DNA of 64,000 bases from Alphaproteobacteria bacterium (GCA_965221125.1 CBDCRW010000002.1:128001-192000), one strand, 5' to 3'. Shown: positions 26,877 to 38,400, counted from the stretch's first letter. Numbers and translations: made by a program. Notes: generated by a model not told the origin, from the sequence alone.

Positions 26877-28934
26877 GTGCTGAGGCGCCTGGCCGGGCTG
26901 CGCCTCCATCTCGCCTCGGTGTGGGCTGCCGAGCGTCAGCGCGTGTTCCTCTGGGTGCCGGTGCTGTTCGGCGCGGGCGGCGGCCTCTATCTCACCCTGC
27001 CGGCGGAGCCGGTGGGCTGGATCGCGCCGGCGGCCGCCGGGATTTTCGTGTCGGGCGCGCTGCTCGTGCGCCGGCACACGGCGCCGGCCCTCGCACTTGC
27101 GGCGCTGGCGCTGCTCGCCGCCGGCGTCGCCGCCGCCGACTGGCGCACCGGGCGGGTCGCCGCGCCGGTGCTGGAGGAGCCGATCGGCCCGGTCGATGTG
27201 ACAGGGCGCGTGGTTTGGGTCGGCGCCGGCGACGGCCCGCAGCGCTACCTGCTCGACCGCGTGCGCATCGAGCGCCTGGCCCCGGAGGCAACGCCCGCGC
27301 GCGTGCGCCTCAGCGTGCGCAGCACGGGCCCGGACGGCCTGGCCGCGCCCGGATCGTGGCTCACGGCGCTCGCCTCGCTCAGGCCGCCGCCGGCGCCGGC
27401 GGAGCCCGGCGCGTGGGACTTCGCGCGGCAAGCGTGGTTCCAGCGGATCGGCGCGGTCGGCTTCGTCTACGGCGCGCCGCAGCCGTTGGCGGCGTCTGAG
27501 GGCGAGGGCGGCGGGCTGCTCTCGCTGCTCTCCCAGGTGCGCCACTGGGTCTCGGCGCGGATTCTGGCACACACCACGCCGTCTGCAGGACCCTTCGCGG
27601 CGGCGCTGCTCACCGGCGACCGGAGCGCCATCGAGAAGACGACGCTGCAGGCCATGCGGGACTCCGGCCTGGCTCATCTGCTGGCGATCTCCGGGCTTCA
27701 CGTCGGCCTCGTCGCCGGGTTCATCTTCTTCGCCGCGCGCGGGGCGCTGGCGCTGATCGAGCCGGTGGCGCTGCGGATGCCGATCAAGAAATGGGCGGCG
27801 GGATGCGCGCTGCTCGGCGGTGCCGCGTACCTGTTGCTGTCCGGCATGAGCGTGCCGACGCAACGGGCGTTCGTCATGGTCGGTTTCGTGCTGCTCGCGA
27901 TCATGCTGGACCGGGCGAGCATTTCCATGCGCCTGATCGCCCTGGCGGCGCTCCTGGTGCTCGCGCTCGCGCCCGAGAGCATGCTGGGCCCGAGCTTCCA
28001 GATGTCCTTCGCCGCGGCGACGGCGCTGATCGCGACCTACGAGGCGGCGCGCCGCCCCTTCGCCCGGCTGGCGGCGCGGGGCGGCCTCGCGCTCCGCCCC
28101 CTCGTCTACGCGGCGGGCGTGGCGCTCACCTCCCTCGTTGCCGGCATCGCCACCGGCCCGTTCGCGGTCTACCACTTCAACCGCATCGCCGACTACGGGC
28201 TGGTCGCGCTCGTCCTCATGCCGCTCGGGCTCGAAGGGCTCGCGCTCGCACCCATGGGCTGGGGCATCGACGCGGTGGTGTGGATCGCGAGCCGGGTCGC
28301 CGAACAGCCGGGCGCGGTCACGCTGGTTCCGGCGATGCCGGCGGCTGCGCTGCTTGCCATCGTGGTCGGCGGCCTCTGGCTCTGCCTCTGGCGCAGCCGC
28401 TGGCGCTTTCTCGGGATCGCCGTGATCGGCGGCGGCATGGTGATCGCGGGCCTGGACCGGAGGCCGGACATTCTGATCGACGGCGAGGCCAAGGTGATGG
28501 CGGTGCGGGGCGAGGACGGGCGGCTCTGGGTCTCCACCCGCAAGCGCGGGCGCTTCGTGAGCGACGTCTGGCTCAGGCGGGACGGACAGGCGGAGCCGCT
28601 GACCTGGCCGCGCGCCGGCGAAGGCGCGCCCGCCGCGGGCCTCCGCTGCGATACGCTCGGGTGCATTCAGCAGCGGGGCGAGAGAATCATCGCCTTCGTG
28701 CGCGACCCCCGCGCCTTCGCGGAAGACTGCCGCCGGGCCGATCCCGTCATCGCCGCCGTCCCCGCCTGGGATCTCTGCCCGAGCCCTGAGACCGTGGTGG
28801 ACCGCTTCGACCTGTGGCGGGCCGGCAGCCACGCCATATGGTTCCTGCCCGACGGCGTCCGCGTGGAAAACGTGACCGAATTGCGCGGAGAGCGGCCGTG
28901 GGTCGCACGGCGCACTCCGGCCTGGGAGAAATAG
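26877..28934 (+). CDS. comEC: ComEC/Rec2 competence protein (apparent short internal in-frame deletion)
   Basis: [17 protein letters not shown] and PSFQMSF; conserved position between gltX and lexA. Confidence 0.88.
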   Translation: MLRRLAGLRLHLASVWAAERQRVFLWVPVLFGAGGGLYLTLPAEPVGWIAPAAAGIFVSGALLVRRHTAPALALAALALLAAGVAAADWRTGRVAAPVLEEPIGPVDVTGRVVWVGAGDGPQRYLLDRVRIERLAPEATPARVRLSVRSTGPDGLAAPGSWLTALASLRPPPAPAEPGAWDFARQAWFQRIGAVGFVYGAPQPLAASEGEGGGLLSLLSQVRHWVSARILAHTTPSAGPFAAALLTGDRSAIEKTTLQAMRDSGLAHLLAISGLHVGLVAGFIFFAARGALALIEPVALRMPIKKWAAGCALLGGAAYLLLSGMSVPTQRAFVMVGFVLLAIMLDRASISMRLIALAALLVLALAPESMLGPSFQMSFAAATALIATYEAARRPFARLAARGGLALRPLVYAAGVALTSLVAGIATGPFAVYHFNRIADYGLVALVLMPLGLEGLALAPMGWGIDAVVWIASRVAEQPGAVTLVPAMPAAALLAIVVGGLWLCLWRSRWRFLGIAVIGGGMVIAGLDRRPDILIDGEAKVMAVRGEDGRLWVSTRKRGRFVSDVWLRRDGQAEPLTWPRAGEGAPAAGLRCDTLGCIQQRGERIIAFVRDPRAFAEDCRRADPVIAAVPAWDLCPSPETVVDRFDLWRAGSHAIWFLPDGVRVENVTELRGERPWVARRTPAWEK

Positions 28935-28964
28935 AGCGCGTCCGCAAGAGTCGGACGCGCTCTA
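28932..28964. repeat. 33-bp palindromic unit filling the whole comEC/lexA gap; possible bidirectional terminator
   Basis: TAGAGCGCGTCCG-CAAGAGT-CGGACGCGCTCTA, a perfect 13-bp stem whose two ends are stop codons. Confidence 0.9.
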
Positions 28965-29669
28965 GTAGCGGCGGAGGATGCCCTTGAGCTGCCCCTGCAC
29001 CTTGACGCGGCCGGGGCCGAAGATGCGCGTCTCCAGCCGCTTGTTCGCGGGCTCCAGCGCGATCGACTCGCCCTTGCGGCGCAACCGCTTGAGCGTCACC
29101 TCGCTGTCGTCGACCAGGGCGACCACGATGGCGCCGTTCTCCGCCGTGTCGCAGCGCTCGATCACGGCGGTGTCGCCATCGAGAATCCCGGCTTCGATCA
29201 TCGAATCGCCGTCGACCTCGAGCGCGTAGTGCTCGCCGGACCCCAACATGGCGCCGGGGACATCGGTCTGGCTGGTCTCGTCGCGCAACGCCTCGATGGG
29301 CGTGCCGGCGGCGATGCGGCCGTAGAGCGGCAGCGCCACGCTCGCCCGGTCGTCGGACGGGCGCTCGGTCCCCCGCCCGGAGCGGAAATCGCCCTTGATG
29401 ACGCTCGGCCGGAAGCGCCGGTTGGGCTGCCGTTGCGGCACGCTCTCGACCCGCGACGGCGGCGGCCGCAGCACCTCGAGCGCCCGCGCCCGGTGCGGCA
29501 ATCGTCGCAGAAATCCACGCTCCTCCAGTGCTTTGACCAGCCTGTGAATGCCGGACTTGGACTTGAGGTTGACCGCCTCCTTCATCTCTTCGAAGGAAGG
29601 GGCGATCCCCCGTGTCTCCAGATACGAATCGATGAAGAGCAGAAGCTCTTTCTGTTTCTTGGTCAGCAT
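28962..29669 (-). CDS. lexA: SOS repressor LexA
   Basis: [27 protein letters not shown] cleavage site, GDSM and TLK catalytic motifs. Confidence 0.96.
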   Translation of the reverse strand: MLTKKQKELLLFIDSYLETRGIAPSFEEMKEAVNLKSKSGIHRLVKALEERGFLRRLPHRARALEVLRPPPSRVESVPQRQPNRRFRPSVIKGDFRSGRGTERPSDDRASVALPLYGRIAAGTPIEALRDETSQTDVPGAMLGSGEHYALEVDGDSMIEAGILDGDTAVIERCDTAENGAIVVALVDDSEVTLKRLRRKGESIALEPANKRLETRIFGPGRVKVQGQLKGILRRY

Positions 29670-29714
29670 CGGACGAACTCCAGGAGCCGAACAAAGGGGC
29701 AACTGACGCGCCAT

Positions 29715-29729
29715 GTTCTAGTTTGGTTC
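29715..29729. promoter_or_regulatory. Alphaproteobacterial SOS box
   Basis: GTTC-TAGTTTG-GTTC (N7) upstream of lexA. Confidence 0.9.
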
Positions 29730-29743
29730 GCCCGCTATGTCAA
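29715..29743 (-). promoter_or_regulatory. lexA promoter
   Basis: Minus-strand TTGACA-N17-TAGAAC, with the -10 overlapped by the SOS box. Confidence 0.6.
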
Positions 29744-29840
29744 GAGGCGCAGTTCTCCCGCGCCCGCGGTCATGCCGGAACGACCTCGGCCAGAGCCTGT
29801 CCCGGACCTTCCCGGCCGCGAAAGGCGTCCGCGAACTGCA

Positions 29841-29869
29841 TTGAACCTGCTTCGGCCAAGGGCTAGCAT
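29841..29869 (+). promoter_or_regulatory. Sigma70-type promoter of the nitrile hydratase operon
   Basis: TTGAAC-N17-TAGCAT, ending 32 nt before the alpha-subunit ATG. Confidence 0.6.
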
Positions 29870-29901
29870 TTACCGAAGGATGCGACGGGGGGACCTCCGA
29901 C

Positions 29902-30510
29902 ATGGCACACGATCATGCTCACAATGCGCCTCCATCCGATACCGCGATGAGGGTGAAGGCGCTGGAGACGCTGCTCACCGAGAAGGGCCTGCTCGATCCG
30001 GCCGCCATCGACGCCCTGGTGGAGACCTACGAGACCAAGATCGGCCCGCGCAACGGCGCCAAGGTGGTGGCCAGGGCGTGGACGGACCCGGACTACAAGG
30101 CAAGGCTGCTGGAGAACGGCAGCGCGGCGATCGCCGAGCTCGGATTCAGCGGCGTGCAGGGCGAGGACATGGTCGTCGTGGAGAACACCGACGACGTGCA
30201 CAACATGGTCACGTGCACGCTCTGTTCCTGCTACCCGTGGCCGACGCTCGGCCTGCCGCCCATCTGGTTCAAGAGCGCGCCCTACCGGGCCCGCTCGGTC
30301 ATCGACCCGCGCGGCGTGCTCGAGGAGTTCGGCGTCGAACTCTCCGACGACGTCGAGATCCGCGTGTGGGACAGCAACGCCGAGCTCCGCTACCTGGTGC
30401 TGCCGCAGCGGCCGGCAGGCACCGAGGGCATGAGCGAAGACGCGCTGGCGGCGCTGGTGACCCGCGATTCGATGATCGGCACGGCGCTGGCCGAAGCGCC
30501 CGCCGCCTAG
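29902..30510 (+). CDS. nthA: Nitrile hydratase alpha subunit, cobalt type
   Basis: CTLCSCYPW metal-binding motif; Thr and Tyr indicate the Co type. Confidence 0.95.
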   Translation: MAHDHAHNAPPSDTAMRVKALETLLTEKGLLDPAAIDALVETYETKIGPRNGAKVVARAWTDPDYKARLLENGSAAIAELGFSGVQGEDMVVVENTDDVHNMVTCTLCSCYPWPTLGLPPIWFKSAPYRARSVIDPRGVLEEFGVELSDDVEIRVWDSNAELRYLVLPQRPAGTEGMSEDALAALVTRDSMIGTALAEAPAA

Positions 30511-30532
30511 CAGGTCGCAAGGGAGCAGAGCG

Positions 30533-30847
30533 ATGAACGGCATCCACGACATGGGCGGCATGCAGTGCATGGGCCCGATCGTCCGCGAAGAAAACGAGCC
30601 CCAGTTCCACGAAGAGTGGGAGGGCCGGGTCTTCGGCATGTTCTTCACCAACTTCGCCGAGGGCCACTTCAACGTGGACATGTTCCGCCACGCCATCGAG
30701 CGCATGGGCCCGGCCGAGTACCTGGAGACCTCGTATTACGAGCACTGGCTGCACGTCTACGAGACCGTGCTGGTGGAGCGCGGCGTGCTGACCAGGGAAG
30801 AACTCGACGAGAAGCTCGCCAGCCTTCGCGAAGCGGGAGGATCGTGA
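30533..30847 (+). CDS. Nitrile hydratase beta subunit, N-terminal half as a separate gene
   Basis: MNGIHDMGG, FHEEWEGR and FRHAIERM...YYEHW; stops after 104 aa. Confidence 0.88.
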   Translation: MNGIHDMGGMQCMGPIVREENEPQFHEEWEGRVFGMFFTNFAEGHFNVDMFRHAIERMGPAEYLETSYYEHWLHVYETVLVERGVLTREELDEKLASLREAGGS

Positions 30848-31200
30848 TGCCGACTCTGACGCCTGACATGGTGCCGGGCCTGGTGGCCGGCGGCGCCTCC
30901 TGCCGGATGGACGTGGACGTGGCGCCCAGTTTCAAGGTGGGCGACGCGGTGACCGCCCGCGACATCAACCCCGTGTCCCACACGCGCCTGCCGCGCTACA
31001 TCCGCGGCAGGACCGGGCGGATCATGCGCGATCACGGCGTCTTCGCGTTTCCGGACACGTCGGCCGCGTCCGGCACCCACTGCGACCCGCAGCACGTCTA
31101 CAGCGTGCGCTTCGAGGGGAGCGAGCTTTGGGGGGCGCATGCGAACGCCAACGCCTGCGTCTACATCGACCTCTTCGACGACTATCTCGAGAGCGCATGA
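30847..31200 (+). CDS. Nitrile hydratase beta subunit, C-terminal SH3-like half as a separate gene
   Basis: FKVGD, HTRLPRYIRG, YSVRF...ELWG and DLFDDYLE; TGATG coupling and GGGAGG RBS. Confidence 0.88.
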   Translation: MPTLTPDMVPGLVAGGASCRMDVDVAPSFKVGDAVTARDINPVSHTRLPRYIRGRTGRIMRDHGVFAFPDTSAASGTHCDPQHVYSVRFEGSELWGAHANANACVYIDLFDDYLESA

Positions 31201-31571
31201 GCGACGCGCCGTCGGCCGACGATCTGCCGCAGCTTCCCTGGGAGGCCGAGGACGGGCCTGTCTTCAAGGAGCCGTGGGAGGCGACCGCCTTCGCCATGGC
31301 GGTGCGGCTGTCGGAGGCCGGCACGTTCACCTGGTCGGAGTGGGTTGACTACCTCTCCGCCGAGATCGCGGCGGCGAAGCGCAGCGGCGAGCCCGACCTC
31401 GGCGATCGCTACTACGAGCACTGGCTGCGCGCGCTGGAGAAGCTCGTGGTCGACAAGGGGCTGGGTTCCGAAGCGGAGCTTGCCCGCCTCAAGCACGACT
31501 GGACCGAGGCGGCCGTCCATACGCCCCGCGGCAAGCCCATCGCGCTGAAGAAGCGCACGCCCGCCGATTAG
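31197..31571 (+). CDS. Nitrile hydratase accessory/activator protein (P14K/NhlE-like)
   Basis: PVFKEPWEATAFAMAV, FTWSEW, YYEHWLRALE and HTPRGKPI; ATGA overlap. Confidence 0.88.
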   Translation: MSDAPSADDLPQLPWEAEDGPVFKEPWEATAFAMAVRLSEAGTFTWSEWVDYLSAEIAAAKRSGEPDLGDRYYEHWLRALEKLVVDKGLGSEAELARLKHDWTEAAVHTPRGKPIALKKRTPAD

Positions 31572-31595
31572 CGCGGGGCGGGCGATGGCCTCGCC

Positions 31596-32447
31596 CTAGA
31601 TCACCCTCACCGCATCGCCTCGCTTTACCGTCCCGCCCTGGATGACGAAGGCGTAGACGCCCGCGCACGGCAGCGACTCGCCGTCGAGCAGCGGGACCGG
31701 GAGGCGGTTGTGCTCGACGATGGTGCGGAGTATCTGCGGGTCCTTCGCGAGGTCCTCCTGCGCGAGGGTTGGGATCGAGCAGCGGGGCGTGGGATCGGAG
31801 ATGCGGAGCCGCACGTCCGCGCCGATGGCAAGCTCGCGGCCGACCCAGTCGTTCTCGACGAAGCCGGTTTCGCCCTCCGGCGTCGCGATCGTCACGTTGG
31901 GGCGAAAGCGGCGCGCGTTGAACTTGGACTCAGGGCGGAGTTCCGCGAGGCGCGCCATCGTCGCCGTGGTGATGAGGTGCAGCGCCGCGTAGTCCGAGAA
32001 CCGGCCCGCCATCATCAGCTCGCCGATGTCGACGATGGTCTCTTCGTCCGCGAGCGGGTCGAGGCGCTCGAGGCTCACGGTCTCGGGCCGCTCCGCGGTG
32101 AGCGTCACCGGCCGCCCCAGGGTATCGGAGAGGCGCGCGTCGGCGTCGCCGCCGTCGCTGGCGGCCTCCGCGCCGTCGGGCCAGACGATGCGGACCGGCG
32201 GCAGCGGCGCGCCGGCCTGGGGCGGGCTCGTGAAATCAGCGGCAAGGGCCATCAGCGCGGCCCACTTCTTCGGGGTCTTGGCGCTCCCCACCCGGCCGCT
32301 GGTCCTGTCGATCACGGCGTAGGCGCGATCCCCCAGGATGCCGCCCTCGGCAATCACGGCCTCGTCGAGCTTGTTGCCGGCCATCGACTTGACCGGATAG
32401 CGCCAGAGCGCCTTGACCGTGCCGCCGTTGGTACCCTGTGATGCCAT
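31596..32447 (-). CDS. MOSC domain protein (YcbX/mARC-like)
   Basis: RYPVKSM, GDR, RRFRPNV and PRC motifs. Confidence 0.88.
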   Translation of the reverse strand: MASQGTNGGTVKALWRYPVKSMAGNKLDEAVIAEGGILGDRAYAVIDRTSGRVGSAKTPKKWAALMALAADFTSPPQAGAPLPPVRIVWPDGAEAASDGGDADARLSDTLGRPVTLTAERPETVSLERLDPLADEETIVDIGELMMAGRFSDYAALHLITTATMARLAELRPESKFNARRFRPNVTIATPEGETGFVENDWVGRELAIGADVRLRISDPTPRCSIPTLAQEDLAKDPQILRTIVEHNRLPVPLLDGESLPCAGVYAFVIQGGTVKRGDAVRVI

Positions 32448-32496
32448 GATCGATCCCTCCGTGATGTCCGCGCGCCGTGGCCGGGAGTGTCTCACA

Positions 32497-32973
32497 CTAC
32501 TGATCGAGCAGTCCGCGGCTCCGGTGCCAGTCCTCCAGCGACTGGTCGGGATACGCGGCGAAGTGCGGGTCGCGCCTGCCCGACGGGATCCTGACCCAGC
32601 CGGGCGCGAATTCCGCCATGATATGGCAGCGCTCGGGCGGCGTCGGCAGGGCGGTGTCGATAGCCGAGGCGAAGGGGTGGATCAACTCGGGCCAGCGCGG
32701 GTCCCAGACCCAGAGCGCGCTGCCGCAGCGGCCGCAGAACCGCCGCTCGGCCGGGCTCTCGCTGCCGTCCTCCAGCGTGGCCCGGTAGACCCTGAGATGC
32801 CGCCTACCCTGAACGCTCAGCGTTTCCGCCTCGCCGCCGAGATTGATGGCGTAGCCGCCGCCACCGGCGGTCTTGCGGCAGATCGAGCAGTAGCAGTGCA
32901 TGTAGGGGCGCGGCGTCCTGGACCGGAGCGAGAACCGGACGGCGCGGCAGTGGCAGGAGCCTTCGAGCAGCAT
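32497..32973 (-). CDS. GFA family protein (glutathione-dependent formaldehyde-activating fold)
   Basis: EGSCHC, CYCSICRK and RRFCGRCGS zinc motifs. Confidence 0.88.
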   Translation of the reverse strand: MLLEGSCHCRAVRFSLRSRTPRPYMHCYCSICRKTAGGGGYAINLGGEAETLSVQGRRHLRVYRATLEDGSESPAERRFCGRCGSALWVWDPRWPELIHPFASAIDTALPTPPERCHIMAEFAPGWVRIPSGRRDPHFAAYPDQSLEDWHRSRGLLDQ

Positions 32974-33126
32974 GGAATCCCCCGTGGGGCGGTTGGGCGT
33001 CGCGGGCACTTCGGCACAGTGTCGCGCGCTTCTGCCCTGAAAGCGATTTCGGCCGCTCCCGTTCCGCATCCTGGACAATTCAGGCGTTGGAAGGGACAGT
33101 CTTGCCTCCTCGGGAGACCCTCGGCC

Positions 33127-34347
33127 TTGAGCGACACGCCGCCCACAACCAGCGAATCCGCCACAGCGCCGCCAGTCGAGCTTCGCTTCTCGCGCGACGA
33201 GTACGCGGCGCGGATCGCGAAGACCCGCCGCGCGATGGCGGAGAGGGGGCTCGAGCTGCTCGTCGTCTCCGACCCCTCCAACATGGCGTGGCTCACCGGC
33301 TACGACGGCTGGTCCTTCTACGTACACCAGTGCGTGCTGCTCGCCCACGACGGCGATCCGGTGTGGTTCGGGCGCGGCATGGACGCGAACGGCGCGAAGC
33401 GCACCGTGTTCATGGCCCACGACGACATCGTGGCCTACGCGGATCACTACGTGATGTCCACCGAGCGCCACCCGATGGACTACCTGAGCGAGGTCATCGC
33501 CGCGCGCGGGTGGGGCGCGTCGCGGATCGGCGTCGAGATGGACAACTACTACTTCAGCGCCGCCGCCTACCGCGCGCTGGAGACGCATCTCCGCGATGCG
33601 ACGCTGCGCGACGCGACGGGCCTCGTGAACTGGCAGCGCATCGTGAAGTCGGAAGCGGAGATCGCCTGCATGAGGAACGCGGCGCGCATCGTGGAGAAGA
33701 TGCACGCGCGCATCCTCGACGTGATCGAGCCCGGCATGCGCAAGAACGACCTGGTGGCGGAGATTTTTCACGCGGCGATTACCGGCGTCGACGGCGCCGG
33801 CGGCGACTACCCCGCCATCGTGCCGATGCTGCCGACCGGCATCGACGCATCGGCGGCCCACCTCACCTGGGACGATAAGCCGATGCGCGCGGGCGAGGCG
33901 ACCTTCTTCGAGATCGCGGGCGTCTATCAGCGCTATCACTGCCCGCTCTGCCGCACGGTGTTCCTGGGCAAGCCGTCGGCCCGCGAGCTGAACGCGGAAG
34001 GCGCGCTGCTGGAGGCCATCGAGGCGGGGCTCGAAGCCGCGAAGCCGGGGAACCTGTGCGAGGACATCCACCGCGCGTTCGCGGCCTCGCTCGCGCGCCA
34101 CGGGCTCACGAAGGAGAGCCGCTGCGGCTACTCCATCGGGCTCAGCTATCCGCCGGACTGGGGCGAGCGCACCATCAGCCTGCGCCCCGGCGACCGCACC
34201 GTGCTGCAGCCCAACATGACCATCCACTTCATGCCGGCGCTCTGGTTCGAGGACTGGGGCCTCGAGATCACCGAGAGCATCCGCATCACCGAGACCGGCG
34301 CGGAGACCCTCGCAAACTGGCCGCGCAAGCTGCAAGCGAAGGGGTAA
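33127..34347 (+). CDS. doeA: Ectoine hydrolase (M24 family, DoeA/EutD)
   Basis: FSRDEYAARIAKTR, DPSNMAWLTGYDGWSFYVHQ, RYHCPL and YPPDWGERT; TTG start inferred. Confidence 0.85.
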   Translation: MSDTPPTTSESATAPPVELRFSRDEYAARIAKTRRAMAERGLELLVVSDPSNMAWLTGYDGWSFYVHQCVLLAHDGDPVWFGRGMDANGAKRTVFMAHDDIVAYADHYVMSTERHPMDYLSEVIAARGWGASRIGVEMDNYYFSAAAYRALETHLRDATLRDATGLVNWQRIVKSEAEIACMRNAARIVEKMHARILDVIEPGMRKNDLVAEIFHAAITGVDGAGGDYPAIVPMLPTGIDASAAHLTWDDKPMRAGEATFFEIAGVYQRYHCPLCRTVFLGKPSARELNAEGALLEAIEAGLEAAKPGNLCEDIHRAFAASLARHGLTKESRCGYSIGLSYPPDWGERTISLRPGDRTVLQPNMTIHFMPALWFEDWGLEITESIRITETGAETLANWPRKLQAKG

Positions 34348-34357
34348 GGGGTAGCGC

Positions 34358-35041
34358 CTACACCTTAGAAGGGTCGGGCTGCTTGCCGTAGGTCTTCATG
34401 AACGCCAGGACCTCGGCCATCTTGCGCTGGGAGACGACCTTCGGGTCCTTGCCGGTGGCGGCGCCGATGGCGAGCGTGCGGATATAGAGCTCGGCCAGGT
34501 ACTCGACCTCGGCGAGCAGGTTCACGCAGGCCTCGGGCGTCTCGCCCAGCACGATGCACCCGTGGTTCTGCAACAGGCAGGCCCTGCGCCCTTCGAGCGC
34601 GGGGAGTGCCACGTCGGAGAGCGCCTGGGTGGTGGGCGTGCGGTAGGGCGCGCAGCGGATGGTGGTGCCGCCGGCGGCCGCGACCATGTAGTGCACCGCC
34701 GGGATCTCCATCCCGTGCACGGCGAGCGCGGTGCAGTGGACGGCGTGGCTGTGCAGCACGGCGTCCACCTCCGGCCGCGCGGCCAGGATGTCGCGATGGA
34801 AGCGCCATTCACTGGTGGGGCGGCGGGCGCCGACGTGCGTGCCGTCGAAGCGCATCTCCACGATGTCGGCCGGCGTCATCGCGTCGTAATCGAGGCCGGA
34901 GGGCGTGACCAGGAAGCGCTCGCCCACGCGAAAGCCGACGTTGCCGGAGGTCCCATGATTGAGGCCGAGCGCGTTCATCCGCCGCGCGGCGTCGATGATG
35001 GCGCGCCGCGCCCTGAGATGCGTCGGTCTCTTGCCAGGCAT
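34358..35041 (-). CDS. Class II aldolase/adducin family protein (FucA/Ald2-like)
   Basis: GTSGN, TPSG, PTSEWRFH, HSH and NHG motifs. Confidence 0.88.
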   Translation of the reverse strand: MPGKRPTHLRARRAIIDAARRMNALGLNHGTSGNVGFRVGERFLVTPSGLDYDAMTPADIVEMRFDGTHVGARRPTSEWRFHRDILAARPEVDAVLHSHAVHCTALAVHGMEIPAVHYMVAAAGGTTIRCAPYRTPTTQALSDVALPALEGRRACLLQNHGCIVLGETPEACVNLLAEVEYLAELYIRTLAIGAATGKDPKVVSQRKMAEVLAFMKTYGKQPDPSKV

Positions 35042-35064
35042 GGAGGCCGGCCGGCGCTCTCGCG

Positions 35065-35729
35065 CTAACGCCCGCCCGCCGCGCCGGCGCCTTCGAGGGC
35101 CGCGACGATGGCCGCCGAGATGGCCTCGATGCCGCCGGAGCCGTCGACCCGGGCGAAGCGCCCGCCGGCCTCGTAGTGAGGGATGATCGGGGCGGTCTGC
35201 TCGCGGTAGGCGGCGAGCCGAGCTGTCATGGTCTCGCGGTTGTCGTCGGCGCGGCGCGTGAAGTTCGTGCTCCCGCAGTGGTCGCAGACGCCTTCCGTGC
35301 TCGGCCGGTTGAACTGGTCGTGGTAGCCGGCGCCGCAGTCGGCGCAGGAGAAGCGGCCGACGATGCGCTGGATCAGCGCCTCCTCGTCCACCTCGATCGC
35401 GACCACCTTGTCGAGCGCGAGCCCGCGCTCGGCCAGCATGCGGTCCAGCGCTTGCGCCTGCGCCACGGTGCGCGGGAAGCCGTCGAGGATGAAGCCGGTG
35501 GCGCAGTCGGGCGCGTCGATCCGCTCGGCGATGAGCGCCACCATCAGGTCGTCCGGCACCAGCTCGCCGGCCTCCATGATCGCCTTGGCCTGGGTGCCGA
35601 GCGCGGTGCCCGCCTTCACCGCCGCCCGCAGCATGTCGCCCGTGGAGAGCTGGACGATGCCGAAGCGCTCGACCAGCCGCTGTGCCTGTGTGCCCTTGCC
35701 CGCGCCCGGAGGGCCGAGAAGGATCAGGT

Positions 35730-35733
<4 letters not shown>
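35065..35733 (-). CDS. adk: Adenylate kinase (zinc-lid type)
   Basis: [24 protein letters not shown] and a CxxC...CxxC lid; TTG start overlaps the secY stop. Confidence 0.95.
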
Positions 35734-37073
<1,340 letters not shown>

Positions 37074-37078
37074 GTTCG

Positions 37079-37585
37079 TCAGGCGTCCTTAGCCGTTTCC
37101 TCGGCCGTGGTGTCGGCCTTTGCCGGTGCGCTGAGGGCCACCGAGCCGCCGGCCGCCTCGACCGCGGCGATGGCGGCCTTCGATGCGCCGGTCACCTCGA
37201 CGGCGACCGCGCTCTCGATCCGGCCCTTGGCGAGCAGTCGCACGCCGTGGCGCCCGCGCGTGAGGCCGGCAGCCGCGAGCGCAGCCTCGGTCACGGTTGC
37301 GCCCGCGTCGATGCGGCCGCGCTCGATCGCCTCCTGCAGGCGGCCGATATTCACGGTCTCGAAGGTCTTGCGGAAGCGCGCGTTGGTGAAGCCCCGCTTC
37401 GGCAGGCGCCGGTAGAGCGGCATCTGGCCGCCCTCGAAGCCCTTGAGGGCGACACCGGCCCGCGACTTCTGGCCCTTGTGGCCGCGGCCCGAGGTCTTGC
37501 CCGTGCCGGAGCCGATGCCGCGGCCGAGCCTGCGGCCCTTCCGGGACGCGCCGGCGCGGTCAGCGAGTTCGTTCAGCCTCATCAC
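37079..37585 (-). CDS. rplO: 50S ribosomal protein L15
   Basis: GRGIGSG.GKT.GRGHKGQ and FEGGQMPL. Confidence 0.97.
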   Translation of the reverse strand: MMRLNELADRAGASRKGRRLGRGIGSGTGKTSGRGHKGQKSRAGVALKGFEGGQMPLYRRLPKRGFTNARFRKTFETVNIGRLQEAIERGRIDAGATVTEAALAAAGLTRGRHGVRLLAKGRIESAVAVEVTGASKAAIAAVEAAGGSVALSAPAKADTTAEETAKDA

Positions 37586-37803
37586 TCAGCCTCCGCGTCC
37601 ACCGGCTCGGCCCGCACGAGGTGCGGAATCTTGTCGATCATGCCGCGCACCGAGGGCGTGTCCTCGAGCACGCGGCTGCGGTGCATCTTGTTAAGGCCGA
37701 GGCCGACGAGCGTCGCGCGCTGATCCGCCGGCCGGCCGATGGGGCTGCCGATCTGGGTGACCCGCACCTTAGGCGCCGCGCTGCCTGCCTTGCTCCCAGC
37801 CAT
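37582..37803 (-). CDS. rpmD: 50S ribosomal protein L30
   Basis: [10 protein letters not shown]...GLGLNK; synteny. Confidence 0.95.
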   Translation of the reverse strand: MAGSKAGSAAPKVRVTQIGSPIGRPADQRATLVGLGLNKMHRSRVLEDTPSVRGMIDKIPHLVRAEPVDAEAE

Positions 37804-37806
37804 GGC

Positions 37807-38385
37807 CTACGCCTGCTCCGTCCGCTCCCTAGCGGACTCGTCCTGGCCGAAGATCTGGCCCACCGTGCGGTTGCGCTTGGCGGCGACGGCGCGGGGCGAA
37901 TGGCAGCGCCCGAGCGCGTCGAAGGTCGCCTTGACCATGTTCTGCGGGTTGGACGTGCCGACCGACTTCGCGACCACGTCCTTCACGCCCAGCATCTCGA
38001 ACACGGCGCGCATGGGGCCGCCCGCGATGATCCCGGTGCCGGGCGGTGCTGCGCGGACGATCACCTTGCCCGCGCCGAAGCGGCCTTCCACGTCGTGGTG
38101 GAGCGTGCGCCCCTCGCGAAGCGGCACGCGGACCATGCGCCGCCGGGCCTGCTCGGTGGCCTTGCGGATCGCCTCCGGCACCTCGCGCGCCTTGCCCGAG
38201 CCGCCGCCCACGCGCCCGCGCTGGTCGCCGACGACGACGAGCGCCGAGAAGCCGAAGCGCCGGCCGCCCTTCACCACCTTGGCGACGCGGTTGATGCTGA
38301 CCAGCTTGTCGAGCAGCTCGGGCTCTTCGCGGTCGCGGTCGCGCCCGCGGCCGCCGCGATCGCGATCCATGGATGGTCGTGCCAT
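37807..38385 (-). CDS. rpsE: 30S ribosomal protein S5
   Basis: [14 protein letters not shown]. Confidence 0.97.
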   Translation of the reverse strand: MARPSMDRDRGGRGRDRDREEPELLDKLVSINRVAKVVKGGRRFGFSALVVVGDQRGRVGGGSGKAREVPEAIRKATEQARRRMVRVPLREGRTLHHDVEGRFGAGKVIVRAAPPGTGIIAGGPMRAVFEMLGVKDVVAKSVGTSNPQNMVKATFDALGRCHSPRAVAAKRNRTVGQIFGQDESARERTEQA

Positions 38386-38400
38386 ACCGGGCCCTTCCCC

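Noticed and set aside
29833-29846. Second SOS box controlling the nitrile hydratase operon
   Set aside because: GAAC-N6-GAAC has the wrong spacing (N7 is required), and the second GAAC is part of the -35 element.
30840-30850. Pseudogenising frameshift in the NHase beta gene
   Set aside because: The break falls in the inter-domain linker with TGATG coupling and a dedicated RBS, so I treated it as a real fission pending read checks.
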